64,000 bases of DNA from Okamejei kenojei (taxonomy: Eukaryota). Positions 12,663 through 24,980 of this stretch are shown in pieces. Positions within the stretch are counted from its first letter, which is position 1, and every line of letters starts with the position of its first letter. The notes beneath the pieces were generated by a model that saw only the letters and a list, made by a program, of their open reading frames with translations, was not told the DNA's origin and made no database searches. Both the position numbers and the translations under genes were made by a program. The stretch is taken from assembly GCA_035221665.1 (NCBI GenBank), contig CM069132.1, forward strand, positions 131,440,001-131,504,000, written 5' to 3'.

Positions 12663-14005
12663 TCTACACCTCCATCCCCCACCAGGACGGTCTCAAAGCC
12701 CTCCGGTTCTTCCTCGACCAGAGGAGCAACCCATACCCGTCCACTGACACCCTCCTCCGCCTAGCAGAGTTGGTCCTCACCCTCAATAACTTCTCTTTTG
12801 ATTCCTCCCATTTCCTCCAAACACAAGGCGTAGCTATGGGCACACGCATGGGCCCCAGCTACGCTTGCCTCTTTGTTGGGTACGTCGAACAATCCTTGTT
12901 CTCGGCGTACCAGGGCCCCATCCCCGACCTCTACCTCTGTTACATCGACGACTGCTTTGGTGTCACCTCCTGCACCCACACACAACTGACTGACTTCATT
13001 CATTTCACCACCAACTTCCATCCGCCACTCAAATACACTTGGACCATTTCCGACACTTCCCTACCATTCCTTGACCTCACCATCTCTATTGCAGGTGATA
13101 CGCTCCTGACCGACATCCACTACAAACCTACTGACTCCCACAGCTACCTGGACTACTCTTCCTCCCACCCTGCTTCCTGTAAGGACTCCATCCCCTATTC
13201 CCAATTCCTCCGTCTACACCAAATCTGCTCCCAGGATGAGGTGTTCCACACCAGGGCATCACAAATGGCCTAATTCTTCAGAGAACGGGGATTCCCCTCC
13301 CCCACTATTGATGAGGCTCGCACCAGGGTCTCCTCCATACCCCGCAACACTGCCCTCGCTCCCCATTCCCCCACTCGCAAACAGGGCAGAGTCCTCCTGG
13401 TCCTCACCTTTCACCCCACCAGCCGGAAAATACAACATATAGTCTTCCGCCAGTTTCGCCACCTCCAACGTGACCCCTCCATCCGCCACATCTTCCCATC
13501 TCCCCCCCTGTCTGCCTTCCGCAAAGACCGCTCCCTCCGCAACTCCCTTGTCAATTCTTCCCTCCCCTCCCACTCTACCCCTTCCACGGGCACTTTCCCT
13601 TGCAACCGCAAGAAATGCAACACTTGTCCCTTCACCTCCCCCCTCCACTCCTTTCAGGGACCCAAGCAGTCCTTCCAGGTCCGACAGAGGTTCACCTGCA
13701 CCTCCTCCAACCTCATCTACTGCATCCGCTGCTCCAGATGCCAGATTATCTATATCGGTGAGACCAAGCGGAGGCTTGGCGATCGCTTCGCCGAACACCT
13801 CCGCTCGGTCCGCAATAACCAACCCGACCTCCCGGTGGCTCAGCACTTCAACTCCCCCTCCCATTCCACATCCGACCTCTCGGTCCTGGGCCTCCTCCAC
13901 GGCCAGAGTGAGCAACACCGCAAGCTGGAGGAACAGCACCTCATATTCCGCTTGGGGAGTCTGCATCCTTTGGGCTTGAATATTGAATTTTCTCAATTCT
14001 GTTAA
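12663..14005 (+). pseudogene. PLE ORF copy 2 (5'-truncated RT + GIY-YIG), single in-frame stop
   Basis: My translation shows the frame of ORF 12542-13273 continuing past TAA 13271-13273 (TCA in copy 1) without stops to ...LGLNIEFSQFC* at 14005. Confidence 0.88.
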
Positions 14006-14241
14006 CCCTTGCTGTCTCCTCCCCTTCCCACCTCTCCCTCAGCCCTCGGGCCCTGGCATTCCCTCTATCTCTATCTCCCTCCCCCACCCCAGTCGCACCA
14101 GCTTCTCATTTTCACACCACAAACAGCTTACAATGGCTTGTTCCCTTTATCATCGATACTTTTTTGCATATCTTTCATTCATTGTTCCTTATCTCTCCAC
14201 ATCACCGTCTATATCTCTCGTTTCCCTGATCCCTGACCAGT

Positions 14242-14269
14242 CTGAAGAAGGGTCTCGACCCGAAACGTC
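14242..14269 (+). ncRNA. Minimal hammerhead-ribozyme-like core in PLE pseudo-LTR (copy 1)
   Basis: CTGAAGA-A-GGGT(CTCG)ACCC-GAAACGTC: CUGANGA box, stem II, GAAA, palindromic ACGT and a GUC triplet. Stem I pairing is weak. Confidence 0.6.
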
Positions 14270-14484
14270 GCCTATCTCCTTCGCTCCTTAGATGCTGCTG
14301 CACCCGCTGAGTTTCTCCAGCTTTTTGTGTACCCTCGATTCTCCAGCATCTGCAGTTCCTTCTTTAAAGCTTACAATGGCTTGTTCCCTTTATCATTGAT
14401 ACTTTTTTGCATATCATTCATTCATTGTTCTTTATCTCTCCACATCACCGTCTATATCTCTCGTTTCCCTGATCCCTGACCAGT

Positions 14485-14512
14485 CTGAAGAAGGGTCTCG
14501 ACCCGAAACGTC
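14485..14512 (+). ncRNA. Minimal hammerhead-ribozyme-like core in PLE pseudo-LTR (copy 2)
   Basis: Identical 28-mer 243 bp downstream of copy 1. Confidence 0.6.
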
Positions 14513-14576
14513 GCCTATCTCCTTCGCTCCTTAGACGCTGCTGCACCTGCTCAGTTTCTCCAGCCTTTTGTGTACC

Positions 14577-15102
14577 CGCCATTCTATCATAGCTGATCTA
14601 TTCTTCCCTCACAAATCCATTCTCCTGCCTTTTTTCCATAACCCCCGACACCCTTACTAATCAAGAATGGAGCTATCTGCCTTAAAAATACCCATTGACT
14701 TGGCCTCCACAGCCTTCTGTGGCAATAAATTCCACAGATTCATTACCCCCTGACTAATGAAATTCATCCTCATCTTCTTCCTTTTTTTTAATTCTGTGGT
14801 TATGACTTCTGGTCCTAGACTCTCCCATTAGTGGAAACCATCCTCTCCACATCCATTCTATCCAAGTCTTTCGCTATTTTGTAAGTTTCAATGAGGTGTC
14901 CCCTCATCCTTCTAAACTCCAACGTATACATGCCCAGTGCCGTCAAACGTTGATCATATGTTAACCCAATCATTCATGGGATCATTCTCCTAATCCTCCT
15001 CTGGACCTTCTCCAATGCCAACACATCCTTCCTCATATGTGGGGCCCCAAACTGCTCACAAAACTCCAAATGCAGTCTGACCATTGCCTTATAAAACCTC
15101 AG
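14577..15102 (-). mobile_element. CR1 3' fragment, subfamily D; host of the PLE insertion (its tail lies at 10421-10475)
   Basis: Antisense CR1 3' UTR and ORF2 end; joins 10421-10475 across the TSD; similar to 27104-27704 and 61958-62590. Confidence 0.85.
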
Positions 15103-16039
15103 CCACATTAACTCGACTACATTAACATTGACCCCGGCTTTTTTCTAACAAAAGGCGAGCAGCTCACACACTGGAGGAAGATCAGTCAGTTGAGCCCAAT
15201 TACATTCCATATTTCTCCCCTTCTTACTGGCCTTATCTTCTCTTCTTAGGCAGTCCTTCAATGCTCCCACTCATGTCCTGTGAGTTCCACAGATGGCAGA
15301 CGAGTCCTCCATGGGATCAACAGACTATACAACAGCTATACAAGAGCTCGATATGGAAAATGGATTGTTTGCACTGTAAACGTCATTTGATATGATTGAT
15401 TTACATTATGCACAAAGCTTTGAAAGCACCAAGGTAAAAGATGGTTAAAAATCATACCTGGGCTGTATGAAGAGAAAACAGAGTGGAAGAGCAAGGAAAC
15501 CTTGGCCAATCTACAAAGACTAGTTTAGCCATAGTTCGAATATCATGTCATGTCCTCAGCACCACACTTAAGATGCAAAGGTCTTGTGAACAGAAAAGGA
15601 TTGATTGAAATGATTCCACAGCTGAGGGAATTGGTAATGAATAGAGTGGGAGAGGCTGGGGTTGAAATACTTGGAATAAAGGAAGTTGTGAGGGGATCTG
15701 AGAGAGGTCAAGAACTTGGGGACAGTGTACAAGTATAAAAGTAGCAGCTGGAAAGTTTTCTTTAAAAACACACAGGCTCTGTAATACACTGCCAGGAAAA
15801 GTAATGGAGTCAAGTTCAACTACGGCTGCAAAACAAACCTAGATGAGCATGTGAACAGAGATTTTGCAGGACAAGGGGGAAGGGTGGCATTAAATTGAAT
15901 GGGTTGCTTTTACATAGTGCTAATACATATTCAAAAAAATAAAATCATCATTTTCCAGGCGGAGAATGAAGTTTCTCATTCTGAGAATCTTCGACCTATT
16001 TCATAGTACGTAATGGAAATTCTGGTTTCAAAGGATAGT

Positions 16040-16440
16040 ACATCACAGGAACAGGCCCTTTGGCAAACAATGTCCGTTGTTGCTATCAATATTGATGATG
16101 ACCAATTTTTATTTACCTGTCACGTAATCCATATCCCTCCATTTCCTGCACATCCATGTGCCTATTCAAAAGTTATTCAAACGCCACTGTCGTATCTGCC
16201 TCCACCACAACTCTGGCAGTGCAATCCAGGCACCCACCACACTGTGTGCAATCAAAAACTTGCCCCACTCAGCTTAAAGCTATGCCCTCCAGTATTTTAT
16301 ATTCCCATCCAAAGAACAAGGTTTTGACCGTCTACTCTATCGATGCCTCTCACAATTTTATACACTTCTATCAAGTCTCTCCCTCTATTTTCAGCATTCC
16401 AAAGAAAACAATCCAAGTCCTTCCAACCCATTCTTGCATA
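16040..16440 (-). mobile_element. Old CR1 3' fragment
   Basis: ACAGGCCCTTTGGC..CCATATCCCTCCATT..GCCTCCACCAC antisense CR1 3' signature. Confidence 0.65.
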
Positions 16441-16446
16441 GTTTGA

Positions 16447-19117
16447 AAGGAGAAGCACAGAGTGCTTTGGCAGGATAGATTAGAGGGCTCGTCTAGGGAG
16501 GCTATTTGGGTGGAACTGAGAAGTGGGAACGGTGTAGCAACACTTTTAGGGATGTATTATAGACCGCTAAATGGGGAGCGAAAATTGGAAGAGTAAATAT
16601 GTAAGGAGATAGCAGATATTAGTAGTAAGCACAAGGTAGTGATTGTGGGAGATTTCAATTTTCCAAAAATAGACTGGGAAACACATTCTGTTGTAAAATG
16701 TTTGTAAAATGTGTGCAGGATAGTTTTTTTTTTGCAGCAATACATAGAGGTATCGACCAGAGAAGGGACAGTGCTGGACCTCCTGTTAGGAAATGAGGCA
16801 GGTCAGGAGACTGAGGTATGCGTTGGTGAGCACTTCGGGACCAGTGATCACAATACCATTAGTTTCAATATAATTATGGAGAGAGTCAGAACTGGACCTA
16901 GGGTGGAGATTTTTGATTGGAGAAAGGCTAACTTTGAGGGAATGCGTTAGGATTTAAAAGGAGTGAATTGGGACACTCTGTTTTATGGGAAGGATGTAGA
17001 AGAGAAATGGAGGACATTTAAAGGGGAAATTGTAAGAGTACAGAATCTTTATGTCCCTGCTAGGGTGAAAGGAAATAGTAAAAATTGGAAAGAGCCATGG
17101 TTTTCAAGGGGAATTGGACACTTGTTTCGAAAAAAGAGAGATATCTACAATAATTATAGGAGGCATGGAGTAAATGAGGTGCTAGAGGAGTATAAAGAAT
17201 GTAAAAAGAATCTTAAGAAAGAAATTAGGAAGGCTAAAAGAAGATATGAGGTTGCTTTGGCAAGAAAGGTGAAAGTAAATCCAAAGGGTTTCTACAGCTA
17301 TATTAATAGCAAAAGGATAACGAGGGATAAAATTGGACCATTAGAGAGCCAGAATGGACAGCTATCTGCAGAGCCAAAAGAGATGGGGAGATATTGAACA
17401 ATTTCTTTTCTTCGGTATTCACCAAGGAGAAGGATATTGAACTATGTGAGGTAAAGGAAAAAAAGTAGAGTAGCTATGGAAACTATGAGATTCAAAGAGG
17501 AGGAATACTGACACTTTTTGAAAAATATAAAAGTGGATAAGTCTCCAGGTCCTGACAGGATATTCCCTAGGACATTGAGGGAAGTTAGTGTAGAAATTGC
17601 AGGAGCTATGACAGAAATATTTCAAATGTCATTAGAAACGGGAATAGTGCCGGAGGATTGGCATGTACTGCGCATGTTGTTCCATTGTTTAAAAAGGGTT
17701 CAAAGAATAAACCTAGCAATTACAGACCTGTTAGTTTGACATCAGTGGTGGGTAAATTAATGGAAAGGATACTTAGAGATAATATATATAAGCATCTGGA
17801 TAAACAGGGTCTGATCAGGAACAGTCAACATGGATTTGTGCCTGGAAGGTCATGTTTGACAAACCTTCTTGAATTTTTTGAAGCGGTTACTAGGGAAATT
17901 GATGAGGGTAAAGCAGTGGATGTTGTCTATATGGATTTCAGTAAGGCCTTTGACAAGGTTCCCCATGGAAGGTTGGTTAAGAAGGTTCAATCTTTGGATG
18001 TTAATGGCGGAGTAACAAGATGGATTCAACAGTGGCTGAATGGGAGATGTCAGAGAGTAATGGTGGATGGCTGTTTGTCAGGTTGGAAGCCGGTGACCAA
18101 TGGGGTGCCTCAGGGATCTGTGTTGGGTCCACTGTTTGTTTGTCATGTACATCAATGATCTGGATGATGGGGTAGAAAATTGGATAAGTAAGAATGCAGA
18201 TGATACTAAGATAGGTGGTGTTGAGGATAATGAAGTAGATTTTCAAAGTCTACAGAGAGATTTGGGCAATTTGGAAAAGTGGGCTGAAAGATGGCAGATG
18301 GAGTTTAATGCTGATAAGTGTGAAGTGCTACATCTTGGCAGGACAAATCAAAATAGGACGTACATGGTAAATGGTAGGGAATTGAGGAATGCTGTGGAAC
18401 AGGGAGATCTAGGAATAACTGTGCATAGTTCCCTGAAGGTGGAATCGCATGTAGATGGGGTGGTAAAGAAAGCCTTTGGTGTGCTGGCCTTTATAAATCA
18501 GAGCATTGAATATAGGAGTAGGGAAGTAATGTTAAAATTGTACAAGGCATTGGTAAGACCAATTCTGGAGTATGGTGTACAATTTTGGTCGACTAATTAT
18601 AGGAAGGATGTCAACAAAATAGAGAGAGTACAGAGGAGATTTACTAGAATGTTGCCTGGGTTCCAGCAACTATGTTACAGAGAAAGGTTGAACAAGTTAG
18701 GTCTTTATTCTTCGGAGTGCAGAAGGTTAAGGGGGGGACTTGATTGAGGTCTTTAAAATGATGAAAGGGATAGACAGAGTTGACGTGGATAAGCTTTTCC
18801 CATTGAGGGTAGGGAAGATTCAAACAAGAGGGCATGACATGCGAATTAAGGGACGGAAGTTTAGGGGTAACGTGAGGGGGAACTTCTTTACTCAGAGAGT
18901 GGTGGCTGTGTGGAATGAGCTTCCAGCAGAAGTGGTGGAGGCAGGATCGATTTTAACATTTAAAAGTAAAGTGGATAGGTATATGGACGGGAAGGGAATG
19001 GAGGGGTATGGTCTGAGTGCAGGTAGATGGGACTAAGGGAAAACAAATGATCGGCACGGACTGGAAGGGCCGAGTGGGCCTGTTTCCATGCTGTAATTGT
19101 TATATGGTTAAATGGTT
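16447..19117 (+). mobile_element. CR1 LINE subfamily A, long 5'-truncated copy (part of APE endonuclease + RT), disrupted
   Basis: YYRP, VGDFNFP, LDLLL, SDHN endonuclease motifs; KSPGPD, NYRPVSLTS, QHGF, DFSKAFD, ADD RT motifs; stops and frameshifts; TTATATGG tail. Confidence 0.96.
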
Positions 19118-19345
19118 AATGAGAAGTAATTGCAGATATAGTTCTATCCATCCATTCCAGTTATGTTGCTTCAATTTATTCAACTATGTGACGGACCCAA
19201 ATTAAGTTGAACACTACCTCAGATGTATTCAGATCTGGCAATGTTTACAGGTGTGTGCAAGTGTGCTCAATAAGTTAACCTCGATTTTGAAAAGAAAACC
19301 AAGTATTCAGAAAATAGTGCAGGTGACTGGGATAATAAGGTTCTT

Positions 19346-19642
19346 GGGCAGCACAGTGGCACAGCAGTAGAGTTGACGCCTTACAGCGACAGAGACCCGG
19401 GTCCAATCCTGTATACGGTCCTGTCTGCTCAGAGTTTGTACCTTCTCCCTGTGACCGCATGGGTTTTCTCTGGGTGCTCCGGTTTCCTCCCACATTCAAA
19501 AGGCGTGCAGGTTTGCACGTTAATTGACTTCTGTAAATTGTCACTAGTGTGCTGGATAGAACGTGCGTACAAGGTGATCGCTGGCCGGCGTAGACTGTGG
19601 GCTGAAGTGTCTGTTTCCACGCTGCATCTCTAGACTAAACTA
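19346..19642 (+). mobile_element. tRNA-derived SINE
   Basis: GGGCAGCACAGTGGCACAGCAGTAGAG head, GGTTTCCTCCCACA core, TAAAC tail. Confidence 0.88.
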
Positions 19643-19651
19643 TAACTTGCA

Positions 19652-19835
19652 TTATATAACAATTACAGCACGGAAACAGGCCCTCTCGGCCCTTCCAGTC
19701 CGTGCCGACCATTTGTTTTCCCCTAGTCCCATCTACCTGCACTCAGACCATACCCCTCCATTCCCTTCACGTCCATATACCTATCCACTTTACTCTTAAA
19801 TGTTAAAACCGATCCTGCCTCCACCACTTCTGCTG
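19652..19835 (-). mobile_element. CR1 subfamily A 3' fragment
   Basis: Reverse complement of ~1057-1233. Confidence 0.92.
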
Positions 19836-21289
19836 AATAGTCTAGAGGTGGGAACCCTTAGTCTAGTTTAACTAAATAGTCTAGAGGTGGGAACCCTTAG
19901 AGTATCTGTTACTGTGCGAAACTGCAAGTTGTAAGCAAACTACATATTTAAAACAAATCACATTCAATGTCCTCTACTTCCACACTCCAGCACAAAAGCT
20001 CCAGTTAAGTTTCCCAGTTACTGCAGTCACAGATTTGTCTTGGGGTACACAATGTATTTTTCAATGTTTACTGCTTCCATTGAGATCTCTCTACTTGGTC
20101 TCTTTCTGCCTTCCACTTGAATGTTTATACATATTCCCTCTCACTATTGCTGACCACTGCATTAATAAGTTTTGACATTTATACTGATTAACTAACGTAG
20201 CAACTTGAGAAGCATTAAAGGATTGTGCCACAGATACGTCATGTTTGGCTAAATTGATTTTACACCTTCAAATCCAGCTTGCATTCTCGAAATCTCACCG
20301 CTGTACATTCCTACAATATTGTAGGTGGGCGATCTAGAAACATATATTTTAACTATAGATCATACAAAACGTAAAGCAGGAATGGGAAATTATCACACAA
20401 ATTAACCAGAGGGCAGGGAAAGGTCATGCCATAGAACTACTGTAACCTCTTAAAACCTTCATTGCTAGAACTCTTGAAAATTGATGCATTTTATTTAGGA
20501 ATAAACATGTTGAACTACCAACAAGTGCAATTTTAAAACTGCTCAGAATTAATGAGTCCAAAGTCAATTCTCTTTTCATCCGCTTTAAGTGGCCTGTGTG
20601 AGGAGCAGAGTTACCAGAGTATGACTGAGACGACACTGTTAACATGTAATACAGCTTTCACACAGTTAAATGGTGGGAAATAAAACCACTAGCATTGGTT
20701 CACAAACAATCCAGGTTTTTTTTTGTAATTAAACAAAGAAGTAAAAACTGGCAGGCCTGAACATAGTTGTTAAAACACAATTGCAAGTTGGGAGTTGGTG
20801 GCCCAGGACAAGAAGTTAACATGGCAGCTGCTGCTTCTGCTATCCAGAGTGTAACACAAACTGTGCTGTGACACTCAATTGCAAGTGGTGTGGAAACCAG
20901 CACAGGTTTCCAAAGTGAATGGAGTAGAATGGCGCTTGCAAATAACAAGATGAAACATGGAAAAAATCTGACAATAATATAAATCATTATTGACTTCAGG
21001 AGTCATTTTGTTTTTACTGAATTTGATGATGAACTTCAATTCATGGCAGAGAGCTGCATCACAAGCCCAGAGCCAAAACAGTATCAGAACCAGCCCCCTG
21101 CACTTTATGCAGCTTTATTTGGGGATTACACATATATTAAAAACAATCATGCCACTAAGGAAGGTTTTTTATTATTAAAATAGTGCTATTAAAAGTGCAA
21201 AGCATCATTACCATCTGTTTCTCAGCCTTTAAAGTAAATTATATCATGGAATCTGGCTGACTACAGCAGTGATTGTTGCATCAACCCCG

Positions 21290-21778
21290 ATTACCCCTAA
21301 ACGGTGGAGGAACCGCAACACCAACCACAATGGTGGGTCTGGAGTCACATATGGGCCGGAACAGGAAAGGCTAATGGGTAGACGATGGGTAAATCAGAAT
21401 GATTTCATTTTAGAAAGACACAAAATGCTGGAGTAACTGAATGGGATGGGCAGCATCTCTGGAGAGAAGGAATGAGTGACGTTACGGGTTGAGACCCTTC
21501 TTTAGACTGATGTCAGGGGAGTGGGCAGTACATAAATAAGGTAGTGTATAGATAAGGAGGTGTAAGGTGAGAATACAGGACAAAGGGAATGGAGATCAAA
21601 ATGTAGAATTGGTTGATTTAATGGAAAATCAGTATATTTTTAATGCTGATTATTTAATTACACAGATCTAAAGTTCCCCTTTTGTGCCATGGCGGGGTTT
21701 GAATTGATGCCTACAGATCAATAGTCCGGAAGATTTTAATTTACTAATTCAGTAATTTAAACACTACGCTGCCATACT
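21290..21778 (-). mobile_element. Ancient tRNA-derived SINE (LF-SINE-like) interrupted by an antisense PLE terminal fragment (21413-21610)
   Basis: The minus strand begins TGGCAGCGTAGTG..TTCAAACCCCGCCATGGCA; GGTGGGTCTGGAGTCACAT at 21332. Family assignment is from memory. Confidence 0.45.
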
Positions 21779-21784
21779 AGTGTG

Positions 21785-24250
21785 AAGTGGTGCATTTTGA
21801 GAGGTCCAATGCAAAGGCAAAGTATACAGTTAATGGCAAGACCCTTAACAACATTAATGTACAGAGAGATTTGGGGGTCCAAGTCGAAAGCTCCCTGAAA
21901 ATTGAAAGAGTCATAGATGGCAGTGGAGGTAGATATGAAAGTGGCATTCATGCTGCTTTTGGATAGTCACGTGGATATGCAGGGAATGGAGGATATGGAT
22001 CATGAACAGGAATGGGGGGATGAGTTTAACGTGGCATTATGTCCGCACAGTCATTGTAGGCCGAAGAGCCCATTTCTGTGCTGTACTATTCTATGGACCT
22101 CCTTCGATTCCCGACATAACTTTCAAATTGCTTTCAATCAGCTGAACCAAGCACTGGTCATACAAAATGTAAACACACACTGCCCAGCAACAGGTACCAA
22201 CAACCATGGGAGGGTTCATCCCTGAAAGACCATGGACATAATATCAGCTCTTGGGACTCAATTCCAGAATTTCGCCAGAACACAAGACAGCGATCAAAAA
22301 CTCGCATCTGCCCATTCCCGTTAACTCTGTTTCACACTCGCTCTCTTGTTCTCAGGAACTAAGCAGCTTTTTTTTGTGCTAATCCATTTTAAGTTTCCAT
22401 ATAGCCATGTTGCACAATCTGTGCAGTTTTAATTTAAATCATCTGAAGGCCCTCATTCAAGGTCACAAAAGGCACCTTAGAACAACGAGTTTTCATTTGT
22501 GCCAGGGAGCTGAATCGCCAGCCAATAAATCCACCCTCTTCATCCATCAAAGCTCCCCAGGAATGTAATCTCTTATGGCGATGCAAATCAAACCTCCTGG
22601 TTAAACATTAATAGAAATTAACACAATGGGCGCTGAAGACAATAAAAAAAGTGGTTTTACTTCTAGTCCAAGTGTGTGGAGTTTGGGCTGTTTTGCATAG
22701 TGATACACATTGCAGGAAAAATGTTCTCGTCTGTATTTATCATGGTGAAGGACATGAAAGCTAGTGATTTTCAGGGGAGGGAACAATAAAATGATGGACA
22801 CATCAACAATACACAGGGGGTAGTGGTGATGGTCTTGAAATACAAAGGTGGATATATCCCTGGGACCTGACCAGGTGTATCCTAGGTTGGTACAGGAACA
22901 CAGGAGATTGATGCTGCTTTGGCTAACCACAAACGAGATAGCAGGAGACGAGGAAGATAACTAATGTTGTGCCTTTATTAATAGAAGGACAGTATGAATA
23001 AGCCAGGGAAATGCAGCCAGGGAGCCTTGCATCAATGGAAAGCTATTGAAAGGGATTCTGAGGGGCAGGATTACTTATATTGGTAAAAGCAATGACTAGA
23101 GACAGAGCTATGCAACAAAAAAATTGACTCTTCAGCTCACCTTGTCCATGCCAACTAGGGTGGCATTCTGGGTTAGTCCCATTTGCCTGTATTTGGCAAC
23201 GTCCACAACATCCTTCCTATCCAAATGTCTTTTACAAGTCAGAATTGGATCCGCTTCCAGAAGATTATCTAACAACTCGTTCCAGATACGGACTAAGCAA
23301 CGAGTGAAAAGGTTGTCCCGAGGTCCCTCATAAATCTTTCCCCTCACCTTAAGCCTACAGCCTCTAGTTGTTGTATTCTCAACCATGGACAAAAGAGAGA
23401 CCCTCATAAGCACCTTAAGTTCATCCCTCAGCCTCCTGCAGTCCAGAAATAAAATATCCCAGCCCATCCAACCTCTCCCTATAACGGTAACCCAACCCTG
23501 CATGTCCAGATAACATCCTGGTGAATCTCTTCTCAGCCTTTCCAACTTAAAGAATCCTTACTAGAGCCAAACAACCAGAATTGCACACAGTACACCAAGT
23601 GTGATCACAGCTACTCAAAAGTGCAAAATTACTTTGTTAAATAGAGAATTAGGCCATATTGGGATAACGACCATAGCTTTGCCAATAGATGTTGTCAATA
23701 TTCACTGGCAAGCTTTGTCAAGGTCCTACCCATGTTAGCTTGGTGATGGTTGGACTACATGAGATTCCAGGAAGAGTCAGTAAAATGGACACAGAATTAA
23801 TTTGAGGATAGTGGAGGATCATTTTTCATACTGGAAGAGTATAAAAAGTGGTGATCCGCAGCAATTGGTGCAGGGTCCATTGTTTCTTGTCATATATATT
23901 AATGATTTGGATGAGAAGATAGATGGTACAATTAGGAAGTTTACATATGACACCATATGGAGTCAGGCCTTATGGAGGACAGTGAAGGTGATTATCCAAG
24001 GTTCAAACAAGATCTAGATCAAAATAGATCAGGTAGATGCAGTCTTTAACCCAGAGTAGGGGAATCAAGAATCCGAGGACATAGGTTAAAGGTGAAATGA
24101 GAAAGGTTTAATAGGAACCAGGGGAGGTGGTCGAGGCTGGTACTATAATATTTAAAAGACATTTGGACAGGTCCATGGAGAGGAGAGGAGAGGTTTAGAG
24201 GGATATGGGCCAAATATAGGCAGGTGGAACTAGTGTAGATGGTAGGCATA
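21785..24250. mobile_element. Patchwork of old CR1 fragments (+21785-22095, +22730-23095, -23135-23610, +23700-24020, +24045-24250)
   Basis: Degenerate translations such as GPLFLVIYINDLDEKIDG (23802-24017) and LDCRRLRDEL..TRG.RLKVRG (23132-23545 -). Interspersed with unique sequence at 22100-22700. Confidence 0.7.
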
Positions 24251-24329
24251 CATTAATATTTTTGTAGTGCAGTACAAAAAAGGGGCCCAACTCAATAGGT
24301 CATCTGACCTTTCACTCCTAAGATCATAA

Positions 24330-24500
24330 GTGTTTAAGAAGGAACTGCAGATGCTGGAAAATTGAAGGTAGACAAAAATGCTGGTGAAACTGAGTGGGTG
24401 AGGCAGACTGAAGAAGGGTCACGACCCAAAACGTTGTGTATTTGCTTCGCACCATAGCTGCTGCCTCAATTGCTGAGTTTCTCCAGCATTTTTGTCTACC
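24330..24500. repeat. Palindromic PLE-terminus derivative
   Basis: GGTAGACAAAAATGCTGG ... CCAGCATTTTTGTCTACC inverted arms around CTGAAGAAGGGTCACGACCC (24408). Confidence 0.8.
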
Positions 24501-24767
24501 ATAAGATCATAAGATGTAGAATTAGGCTATTCAGCCCATCAAGCCTACTTCACCATTCAATCATGACTGATCTATCTCTCCTAACCCCATTCACCTGCCT
24601 TTCTCCTCATAACCTCTGACACCCATACAAATCAAGAATGCTGCCTGACCTGCTGAATTCCTCAAGCACTCAGTATTTGGTTTACGATTACAGCACCCAC
24701 CTGCATTTCTTTCTCTCCAATTGTTACAAGGTATTTATCTATCTATTTTTTAATAGATTCTTTAGAG

Positions 24768-24980
24768 CACGGGCTCCCAAGCTTTTTCATCCCGTTTACC
24801 CCTGACAACTTTAATAGCACATAACAATCTTATTTCACTTATTTATGAACAACTAATGACGAACAGATACTGGTATACCAGAACCAAACACAGTCAGTCA
24901 ATGAGAAAAAATGTACAAATCCTGAATCTACAAGTTTACACCCTGGCTAGGCGAAATTTACCCCAGGTTGGGAACCCTTG
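24768..24980. mobile_element. Non-autonomous hAT-type MITE
   Basis: TIRs CACGGGCTCCCAAGCT / AGGTTGGGAACCCTTG; 8-bp TSD CTTTAGAG (24760-24767) / CTTTAGAA (24981-24988); subterminal TTTACCCC repeats. Confidence 0.8.

Larger units (their letters stand above)
10476..14576 (+). mobile_element. Penelope-like retroelement (Neptune type): head-to-tail partial tandem with two terminal repeats
   Basis: RT motifs IKPADKGGAVV, DVQSLYTSIP, GVAMGT, RYIDD; linker CNRKKCNTC; GIY-YIG NLIYCIRC...IYIGETKR. 10-bp TSD CGCCATTCTA at 10466-10475 and 14577-14586. Confidence 0.95.
14125..14576 (+). repeat. Tandem pseudo-LTRs of the PLE (243-bp unit 14125-14367; partial second unit 14368-14576)
   Basis: AGCTTACAATGGCTTGTTCCCTTTATC starts at both 14125 and 14368; the units are near-identical. 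Confidence 0.92.

Noticed and set aside
13259-13996. 245-aa antisense ORF over the PLE
   Set aside because: Shadow frame of a C-rich coding strand; broken in copy 1; no recognisable domain.
1-19117. 1-1240 versus 17870-19115 as a segmental duplication
   Set aside because: Similarity ends at the CR1 tail and the flanks differ; these are independent insertions of one young subfamily.
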